Shown: positions 56,774 to 64,000 of the stretch, piece by piece
How the letters are laid out: every line of letters begins with the position of its first letter
How positions within the stretch are numbered: position 1 is the first letter of the stretch
IMG/VR virus record: IMGVR_UViG_3300013947_000024
Location: 32,001 to 96,000 of that record
Source: a virus
Taxonomy: Duplodnaviria > Caudoviricetes
Length of the DNA: 64,000 nt
Strand: one strand, 5' to 3'
Position numbers and translations under genes: made by a program
Notes under the pieces: generated by a model
Told to the model about the DNA's origin: nothing
The model's input: only the letters and a program-made list of their open reading frames with translations
Database searches by the model: none

Positions 56774-59383
56774 ATGGCGGATAATATTTCGGCAATCTCC
56801 TATACAAATAAAGACTTTCAAACGATTTATCCCGAGCTTCTTGATCTTGCCACACGCATTTCTAAGAGATGGACACCCGACCAGACAAACGAGTCAGACC
56901 CTGGCATTGTTCTCGCTAAGATTGCGGCGTTGTGCGCGGATAAGAATAACTACAATATTGACAAAAATGTTCTTGAATATTTCCCGTCCTCCGTTACGCA
57001 GATGCCTAATGCAAGAGAGGTTTTTGCGCAAAGAGGCTATTATATGCACTGGTATCAGGCGGCAGAAGGTGAAATCACTCTTGCGGTAAAGAGCGGAAGT
57101 GATATTGCTGATAGTAGTAGCACCTATACTTCTGTTCGTATTAGTGACACATTATTCCCTACTATTACGGGAAGCGATGGGAAAATTGTTTATACAATCA
57201 AACCAGATTTTGCCGAGAATGATATTAAGAAAGATGGGACACCTCGTACTTTTGAAGTAATTCAGGGTGCCGCAAAGCAGTATACAACTACTGGTGGCTC
57301 TTCAACCATTACGGTTGCTGACTTGGACGCGGAGAGAAGACTGTATTTCCCGAATACATCTGTAGCAGAAAACGGTATCTTTATCTCTCATATAGACGCT
57401 TCAAAAGACTGGAGAGATTGGGAGAGAGTCGCGAGTGTCGACGCAGAGCCTATTGGCGATAATAGATTTATCTACGAGTTTGGTGTCTCACGAGATGGCT
57501 CTAACTGCTATATCCAATTCCCTGATAATATTACTTCGATTATCGGCAACGGTATTGAAATCTGGTATGTAGAATCTATCGGTGTTTCTGGAAATATTCC
57601 CGCGTTTTATCTGACGAAGTTTGCCAATGATATGCAAGGGGATTATCTCCCTGCTAAAGCCGACAAGACGTATGACTCCGTGTCTCTTAATTCCGACAAC
57701 ATTGTGTTTTCACAGTCTTCGTCTATCGTCAATGGAGAAAATCCAGAAACCATCGAAGAGGCGTATAGAGCGTATACAAAGACGGTTGGGACATTTGACA
57801 CGCTTGTTACTATCCGAGATTATGATAACGCGCTCACGAAGGCTCCCGATGTGTCTAACGGTTTTGTTACGGATAGAACAAATGATATTCAGAGGGCATA
57901 TCAGATTATTTCCGAACAGAACAATGTGAATGTTGTTATTGACCATACGCATGAAACGACCGATACGACAACGCAGGCTACCACGGCTGATATGCTTGCT
58001 TTCGACCTCTGTATCTATGAGTTTGATAATATGCCACAGGCATCGACATGGGCTGATAGTGATTATAATATCACATTTGCTATGCTTGCTAATCACGACG
58101 ATAAGATTGACACAAAGATCAATTCCCTTAAGAGTTATTTTGAGCAGAATAACAAGTCGATTCAACATGATTTTGTAACATGGAAACAGGGCAGACCGCT
58201 TTGCATTAAAAACAAGTATAATGTCACTTGCAAGATTATTCCGCAATACTCCGTGACCGAGCTTCAGGCTAACGAAATTAAAAACAATATTACTCAGGCT
58301 CTCTATAAAAATTTGAATTCTTCTAAGATTGATTTCGGCGAAGAGATTACTTTTGAGAGAGTGTATAACATCATTGCTGATTCGGATGAACGAATTAAGA
58401 GTGTCTCTCTTGGGAATATTGAATTTACGCCTTGGATTGTTTATTGGGATAACGAATCTGGATTGAGAGAACTTGAAATTAAGTCTCTTTCGGGATATAA
58501 TAAAGACGCAACAAAAGATTCCGACACATATGTGGCGCAACAGTTTGAGATTGAAATTTTTGCAAAGAGTATTCTTTCTGGACACACACCTCTGTTTAAC
58601 CTCGATAAGAATATCAATTATTCTCTTGCGCAGACCGCGATCAATAATATTGATAACGCAAAGACGGTAACGACAGAGACGAAGATTCCGATTGGCACAT
58701 CGAAATCAACGGCTACAACACTTCTTGATGGTGAGTCCGTCATATTCTACGCACCGTCTATGATTACAGATACGACTTATTCGCTCGGAGTTAAGTATGT
58801 GGTTAATGCGGGTGTATCTGCTAACGAGACGAAGAATGTTGGGTTCGTTGCTCTTTGGAAAAAAGATGGGAAATATTATGCCCATAAATATGACGGCGTG
58901 TATGTTAAGCCGAGCTTTCAGTTGACAACATCGGATAATTACGCAACTATAGCAGGGGCGGTACCAGCCACCAATGTTGATGCGGACGTGTCTGGTGTGG
59001 GCACAATTGTAAATAGCTGGAATTCTCTCGCGAGCATTGCAACGAGTGGGTCTATTTCCGTTATGGTAAAAAACACACAGACAATCGGTACGTCAGATTA
59101 TTGCTCTTGGATTCTGAATAATGTTACTTATGATAGCAAGAATAACGGGCAATGGGTTCTGTTCCCCGCGTCGACTAGTGCAACATCGACTTCGCCAATC
59201 ACACAGGAATATGCGCTTGCTCCTGGTGAATATTTTATTGCCTCTGATAGTCAAAAGCAGAATATGACGATTTTTGGAGCCGGCACGTTGATTTCCCGCA
59301 CGCTGAAGAGCGAAGCAAAGGAGCTATCTATTCCGTCTTATTTTTATGCAACTAACTGGACGAGTGACGGAATGAGTGATTGA
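56774..59383 (+). CDS. Baseplate wedge (gp6/baseplate J-like)
   Basis: SYTNKDF, ESDPG, G..GN, G.NPETIEE, LVTIRDY motifs. Confidence 0.8.
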   Translation: MADNISAISYTNKDFQTIYPELLDLATRISKRWTPDQTNESDPGIVLAKIAALCADKNNYNIDKNVLEYFPSSVTQMPNAREVFAQRGYYMHWYQAAEGEITLAVKSGSDIADSSSTYTSVRISDTLFPTITGSDGKIVYTIKPDFAENDIKKDGTPRTFEVIQGAAKQYTTTGGSSTITVADLDAERRLYFPNTSVAENGIFISHIDASKDWRDWERVASVDAEPIGDNRFIYEFGVSRDGSNCYIQFPDNITSIIGNGIEIWYVESIGVSGNIPAFYLTKFANDMQGDYLPAKADKTYDSVSLNSDNIVFSQSSSIVNGENPETIEEAYRAYTKTVGTFDTLVTIRDYDNALTKAPDVSNGFVTDRTNDIQRAYQIISEQNNVNVVIDHTHETTDTTTQATTADMLAFDLCIYEFDNMPQASTWADSDYNITFAMLANHDDKIDTKINSLKSYFEQNNKSIQHDFVTWKQGRPLCIKNKYNVTCKIIPQYSVTELQANEIKNNITQALYKNLNSSKIDFGEEITFERVYNIIADSDERIKSVSLGNIEFTPWIVYWDNESGLRELEIKSLSGYNKDATKDSDTYVAQQFEIEIFAKSILSGHTPLFNLDKNINYSLAQTAINNIDNAKTVTTETKIPIGTSKSTATTLLDGESVIFYAPSMITDTTYSLGVKYVVNAGVSANETKNVGFVALWKKDGKYYAHKYDGVYVKPSFQLTTSDNYATIAGAVPATNVDADVSGVGTIVNSWNSLASIATSGSISVMVKNTQTIGTSDYCSWILNNVTYDSKNNGQWVLFPASTSATSTSPITQEYALAPGEYFIASDSQKQNMTIFGAGTLISRTLKSEAKELSIPSYFYATNWTSDGMSD

Positions 59384-60401
59384 TAGTGACCGTCTTGTGA
59401 CAGGAGTGGAAATCACTGCAACCGAACGCGAGTATGTAGCTCTTGGCGCTGGAGCTTCGTTGTGGGGAAATCAATCGGCGAGCAGAAAGGCGATCGGGAA
59501 TGATGAGGTCGATGTAAACAAGCTAGCGATTCAATACAGCTCTGATTCTGGTAACGGTAGCCTCGACCAGAGAGGCGATGATATTGGTTGGATGGCTCGT
59601 TCATTCCTTGCGTTCAATACTATGGACGGAGCCATGAAGCTATCTAACAGTAGACAGACTGTTGCTTTCGACAATGCAACATCTGGCGACGCTCAATTTG
59701 TTCAAGGAAATACTACTAATCCTTGGTATATCCAAACATCTCCGCAATATAATATGATTGGTGGAGAAGGGTTGTCTCTGCAATATGTGACATCTGATTC
59801 GACTACTCCGACATCGCCTAATATTATTGTGTATCAAAACGCGTCGCCGTCAACAGAGAAGCCTTTTACCCTGAATGACGACGGTTCTATTACTCTGTCG
59901 AAAGATAATACATCGACATCTTTTACTGTTCCGATTGCATCATATGATCGTGTGTTTAAGGTACAGAAGCCAGAAGATGCCCAATTTACAATTACAGGCT
60001 TCAAGTCTATTGGGTCTGATGATGCAACATATACACATCTTAAGAAGACGGTTATTTATTATAAAATCGACGAAGACGATGCAACTGGAACGAAGGAATT
60101 CAGTATTGAGTATCAAAGTAGTGCAAGTATCACAATCTCTCCTCTGTATAAAGTAAAAAATGTTGAGGACACCGTTATCACGGATACCGCTAATGACGCT
60201 GTATACAGTAAAGTTATCGAGCTTGACCAAAAGGGTGAATTCAACTATATGTATGAAGTCCCCGCAGAAAAGCTGATTAAAGACCCGCTTCTCGGAGAGT
60301 CGTTTGTGAATGTGGAGCATCCGTACAATCAATTCACAATGTGCCAGATGAACACCGATAAGAGTTCTGTCGAAATCTTCAACAAATTAAGTTCGAGGTA
60401 A
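59376..60401 (+). CDS. Baseplate-associated protein (possibly a continuation of the upstream ORF)
   Basis: 341-aa ORF overlapping the previous stop; weak RBS. Confidence 0.55.
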   Translation: MIDSDRLVTGVEITATEREYVALGAGASLWGNQSASRKAIGNDEVDVNKLAIQYSSDSGNGSLDQRGDDIGWMARSFLAFNTMDGAMKLSNSRQTVAFDNATSGDAQFVQGNTTNPWYIQTSPQYNMIGGEGLSLQYVTSDSTTPTSPNIIVYQNASPSTEKPFTLNDDGSITLSKDNTSTSFTVPIASYDRVFKVQKPEDAQFTITGFKSIGSDDATYTHLKKTVIYYKIDEDDATGTKEFSIEYQSSASITISPLYKVKNVEDTVITDTANDAVYSKVIELDQKGEFNYMYEVPAEKLIKDPLLGESFVNVEHPYNQFTMCQMNTDKSSVEIFNKLSSR

Positions 60402-60407
60402 AAGAAT

Positions 60408-61121
60408 ATGGTATTAACGAGATTACAAGATAATACCCCTGAAATATATTCTTCTGCTTCGAGAGACTTCCAGCTTCTTGAGAGACTGTATGATGCGGTG
60501 CTCAACGGGGCGAAATACGACACCTACTCTATGCTTGGAGTGACCGATTCAATGCACTGTAGGGCGTCGCTTCTCCCGTTTTTAAGAACGGCGGTAGGTT
60601 TTATATCTACCGCCAAATATCCAGACAAGGTTTTGAGAATTCTTGTAACAGCGTTCCCGTATCTGATTCGGACAAAGGGGACATTGAATTGTGTTGTGCA
60701 AGCAACAAGAGTATATCTGAAGGCTTATGGTATCTCGGGAGATGTTGTGGCTAATTACGATAAAGATAATGGTGCTGTTAATCTGACTGTTTATTCTGCC
60801 CCTGTTGATGTTATGTCATTGTCTTCGTTCGTTAAGTTTTTTGCGCCGACTGGTTTGAAATTCAACTATACATTCTCAACGCCTTCTAAAGTTTCCACAC
60901 AAACGAGAGAAACAGAAGATGGTGTTGCGGCTACAATTGGAAACTTCTATGGCGCTGGTCTTAGGCACGATTCTCCTTTGAATCTTAAAACAACAGATAC
61001 GAAAACGGCATATAAGAGTTATGTCGATAAATACATCTCGGCGGTTGGCAGTGCTGTTGTCGCCGATAAAGACAACGGTGTATACCCGAGCACATATACA
61101 GAGAAGGAGCTTCAAGGATGA
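60408..61121 (+). CDS. Baseplate protein (P2 gpI/gp7-like)
   Basis: PEIY..SRDFQ, LLP.L...GF, KGT motifs. Confidence 0.65.
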   Translation: MVLTRLQDNTPEIYSSASRDFQLLERLYDAVLNGAKYDTYSMLGVTDSMHCRASLLPFLRTAVGFISTAKYPDKVLRILVTAFPYLIRTKGTLNCVVQATRVYLKAYGISGDVVANYDKDNGAVNLTVYSAPVDVMSLSSFVKFFAPTGLKFNYTFSTPSKVSTQTRETEDGVAATIGNFYGAGLRHDSPLNLKTTDTKTAYKSYVDKYISAVGSAVVADKDNGVYPSTYTEKELQG

Positions 61122-61687
61122 GTGAATACATTGGCTATAAAGGCGAGGTCAGAATAACCTCCAGATATAAAGGTTCTCTTATTAAAGAACAGATTGTGCA
61201 CAATGAGGGTTTATCGTATCTGTTTCAGTATCTCTGCCAATGCCTTGCGGCAATTCAGGGAATCACCGGAAACAATCCGAATCAGATTGCGGTAATCGGC
61301 GGTGGGAACCAATCTCAGAGTAGAAGCGCGACCGCTCGTTATTCGTTTGATGATAGCAAACCTTATGCCGAGTTCTCTGCTACATTTACACAAAATGATT
61401 TTGGTGCTGATGGATATAGCGATGTCACTGGTAACACAGGTAAGGTGCGGTTAAAACTTCGGCGAGATAACAATGATTTTGCTCAGACGTATGTAGATAA
61501 TTTCACAAAGATGTCAAAGGGAGAAGCTGTAACGATTGTATGGAGAATGACATTTACAGATGCTTCTTCTTCCTCTGGCACAAATAATCAATCTTTGGCA
61601 TCTCCTATTGCTGTACAGAAAGTATCGGCGCCGAAGAAGAAGGTAAAAACAACCCGTAAAGAAGTGGAGGTAGTGAAGAATGGCTAA
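61118..61687 (+). CDS. Hypothetical baseplate/fibre-attachment protein
   Basis: 189 aa; GEVRI..HNEG..I.WRMTF pattern. Confidence 0.6.
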   Translation: MSEYIGYKGEVRITSRYKGSLIKEQIVHNEGLSYLFQYLCQCLAAIQGITGNNPNQIAVIGGGNQSQSRSATARYSFDDSKPYAEFSATFTQNDFGADGYSDVTGNTGKVRLKLRRDNNDFAQTYVDNFTKMSKGEAVTIVWRMTFTDASSSSGTNNQSLASPIAVQKVSAPKKKVKTTRKEVEVVKNG

Positions 61688-62189
61688 GATTGCAAGTAAT
61701 AGCATTTCGGTATTCCCTACAGTTAATAGAGGTGATGGAGATCAACTTGGTCGCTCTCAGAGACTGTTTACGGAGCAAAATGTTAGGGATATTGCTAATA
61801 TGGTAAACTCTAAGGATTCTTATGTGATTGATGAAAACACAACCGTGGATGGCAAACAGTGCGTTGAATTTTGCCTCGTTGGGTATCATGTTTATGTTGA
61901 TAAGGATGTGCTGGTGAATCTTGAAGGAATTGGCGTGGGGAACAGCATTTATGCCGTTGCACAGTTCGATACAAACGGCAACTTAGATTCAGATGCAACC
62001 TCTACACCGAATGTATATAACGGCATTACTTTCCAAACCAGCGAACCAGATGAAGACAATTCCAAATATCTACTTCTCGGAGCAAAAACACCGAGCGGAT
62101 TGAGTGTTGCGAAATCGTCCAAAATCATGTATGATGGGGCGAGAGTAGATTCAACATCGCTTGATCTCATTGATGGCGGTACAATCTAA
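61680..62189 (+). CDS. Hypothetical virion protein
   Basis: 169 aa, GGAGG RBS, ends IDGGTI. Confidence 0.6.
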   Translation: MAKIASNSISVFPTVNRGDGDQLGRSQRLFTEQNVRDIANMVNSKDSYVIDENTTVDGKQCVEFCLVGYHVYVDKDVLVNLEGIGVGNSIYAVAQFDTNGNLDSDATSTPNVYNGITFQTSEPDEDNSKYLLLGAKTPSGLSVAKSSKIMYDGARVDSTSLDLIDGGTI

Positions 62190-62290
62190 AATTTTTTAAC
62201 ATTTTGCATAATTATGCGCGCATAAAAGCATATATAGTAGTGAGGGGTGTAAAAACTTCTCACTACTTTTTCTTTATGCGAGGTTATACC

Positions 62291-62593
62291 ATGAAAAATA
62301 ATCGTCAAATTATTACTTGCCCTAAATGCGGAGCGCAATATCTCCCCTCTGAAATCTTCCTCCCGAAACCCTTTCTCGGTCAACCAGAAGACATTGAAAA
62401 GGATTGCTACGGAAAGATTGTATACTATTCTGGAACAGACATGAATCTGAAAGAGTCTTATCTTTGCGATTATTGTGGAAACAATCTCAGAGTAGAAGCA
62501 ACAGTAGAATTCAGAAATATCGGCGATAACAAGAAATTTCAAGAAGAGACTGTTATTCACTTTAATAATAAAGTCTCTATGCCCGAGAACTAA
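62291..62593 (+). CDS. Small zinc-ribbon protein
   Basis: CPKCG...CDYCG; ATG at 62291 after GAGG. Confidence 0.65.
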   Translation: MKNNRQIITCPKCGAQYLPSEIFLPKPFLGQPEDIEKDCYGKIVYYSGTDMNLKESYLCDYCGNNLRVEATVEFRNIGDNKKFQEETVIHFNNKVSMPEN

Positions 62594-64000
62594 TGGTTGT
62601 AATAGAAGAGAAGAAAGCAAAGAAAGTCCCTTGTCTTACATCTCTATTTGTTTCTGTTCCATTTGCGGACAAACAATTATTCCGCATACTTATACATTTA
62701 CATGGTTCGGTGTACGATAAGAAGAGCGGGACATTTGAATTTCCTCCGTCAAGTCTTCAATTCCTTGTTAAACTATTCACGGCAAAAGATGATGTTAAGT
62801 TTATTCCGTTGAAAGAAGAAAGGAAGACAAAGGCGGTTGAAACTCTTAGCAATAAAACAAAATTCAAGAGAGACTTATTTAAGCACCAAAAGGAAGCTAT
62901 TGAATATGGTCTGAACCACGCACAATGGCTTTTAAGAGACGATCAGGGGCTTGGAAAGACAACGAGCGTTATTTGCCTTGCCGATGTATTAAAGCGCAAG
63001 AGAGGTATAAAACACTGCCTTATAGTGTGTGGTGTAAACGCTCTTAAATATACATGGAAAGACGAGATTGCAGAGTCTTCTGACCTTACTGCTTGTATTC
63101 TCGGTGAACGGATAACAAGGACGGGAAAGACGAAGATAGGAAGCGTTCCCGAAAGACTTGAGGCGTTACAGTCTTCTATTAGCGAATTCTTTGTCATAAC
63201 GAATGTGGAGACACTTCAGAACAAGGATTTTGCTAAGGCTTTCAAGAAGAGTAAGACAAAGTTCGACATGATTGTTGTCGATGAGATTCACCGTCTTAAA
63301 TCTTCAGGAAGTAATTCCGCAAAGACGCTTCTTCATCTCGACGCACCTTATAAGGTTGCTCTGACTGGTACAATGGTCGTAAACAGCCCATCAGACGCTT
63401 ATGTGCCTCTTAAATGGATTGGTAGTATAAATAGCAACCTCTCCACGATGAACGGCGTGTACGCGGTTTTCGGAGGCTTTGGGAATAAGCAGATTATAGG
63501 CACACAAAATCTTGACCTTCTCCGTTCCGTTATTCAGACTTGCTCTCTTCGTAGATTGAAGTCGGAAGTGCTTGACCTCCCTCCGAAGATTTATAAGAAA
63601 GAGTATGTAGAGCTTCTCCCAAAGCAGAAAGCATTATATGACGAAGTTAAAACAAAGGTTTTTGAATCTCTGGATAAGTTAGACCATAAGCCCAGCGTCA
63701 TTGAAGAGATTTCGATGAATTTAAGGCTTAGACAGATTACAGCGTCCCCGTCAATGCTTTCGACAGAGGTAAAAGAGTCGGCGAAACTACAGCGTCTTGA
63801 AGAGCTTGTTGAAGATATTACGGAGCAGGGAGATAAAGTTGTGGTGTTCTGCTCTTTTAAGGGGACGGCTACGGAAATATGTGAAAGGCTACAAAAATAT
63901 AACCCTGTTGTGTGTACTGGAGATATTCATGATTCTAAAGAAGTAGAAGTGCGGAAGAATAAATTCATGACAGACCCGTCTTGTAAAGTATTTGTCGGGA
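62593..64000 (+). CDS. SNF2-family helicase (runs off the window end; missing from the ORF track)
   Basis: ATG overlaps the upstream TAA; translates to LFKHQKEA, DDQGLGKT, VDEIH, ALTGT, LRRLK..VLDLPPK, LRQI, SAKL, KVVVF. Confidence 0.9.
   Translation, partial: MVVIEEKKAKKVPCLTSLFVSVPFADKQLFRILIHLHGSVYDKKSGTFEFPPSSLQFLVKLFTAKDDVKFIPLKEERKTKAVETLSNKTKFKRDLFKHQKEAIEYGLNHAQWLLRDDQGLGKTTSVICLADVLKRKRGIKHCLIVCGVNALKYTWKDEIAESSDLTACILGERITRTGKTKIGSVPERLEALQSSISEFFVITNVETLQNKDFAKAFKKSKTKFDMIVVDEIHRLKSSGSNSAKTLLHLDAPYKVALTGTMVVNSPSDAYVPLKWIGSINSNLSTMNGVYAVFGGFGNKQIIGTQNLDLLRSVIQTCSLRRLKSEVLDLPPKIYKKEYVELLPKQKALYDEVKTKVFESLDKLDHKPSVIEEISMNLRLRQITASPSMLSTEVKESAKLQRLEELVEDITEQGDKVVVFCSFKGTATEICERLQKYNPVVCTGDIHDSKEVEVRKNKFMTDPSCKVFVG

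Noticed and set aside
1-64000. Stop-codon reassignment
   Set aside because: Genes are full length and densely packed under the standard code; TAA, TGA and at least one TAG act as stops.
1-64000. tRNA/rRNA genes
   Set aside because: No cloverleaf with T-loop GTTCRA and D-loop spacing, and no rRNA-like sequence, was seen in the intergenic regions; GGTTCA hits belong to IS605 right ends.

Overview
This window is part of a large tailed-phage genome with a T4-like contractile-tail (myovirus) gene order. Essentially all real genes are on the + strand. The host is probably a Bacillota member (inferred from AGGAGG RBSs, a sigmaA-type promoter and a C. difficile CdISt1-like IStron). Layout: acidic hypothetical genes, holins and a long mosaic tail-fibre/adhesin cluster (4-24 kb); an ADP-ribosyltransferase-like gene; a ~1.2 kb structured non-coding region; terminase (with a mini-intein), portal, protease-scaffold, major capsid, a homing-endonuclease-like gene, neck, sheath, tube, tail chaperone (probable frameshift), tape measure, baseplate, and the start of an SNF2 helicase. 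Highlights: (1) An intact TnpB IStron (20906-22703) sits after TTGAT, and its removal rejoins a tail-fibre gene exactly in frame. (2) Three further OMEGA-derived RNA elements are present, including a stand-alone, naturally minimised TnpB omegaRNA-like scaffold (46880-46939) with a co-varying pseudoknot, no transposon end, and its own guide and terminator. (3) Several multi-module cargo proteins (ART, nucleotidyltransferase-SWIM, polyvalent-type domains) are punctuated by L/I-x-E motifs like those in the scaffold and capsid, suggesting prohead-protease-processed polyproteins packaged in the virion. (4) A 16-bp candidate late promoter is repeated five times. All protein calls come from motif recognition and synteny, not database searches.
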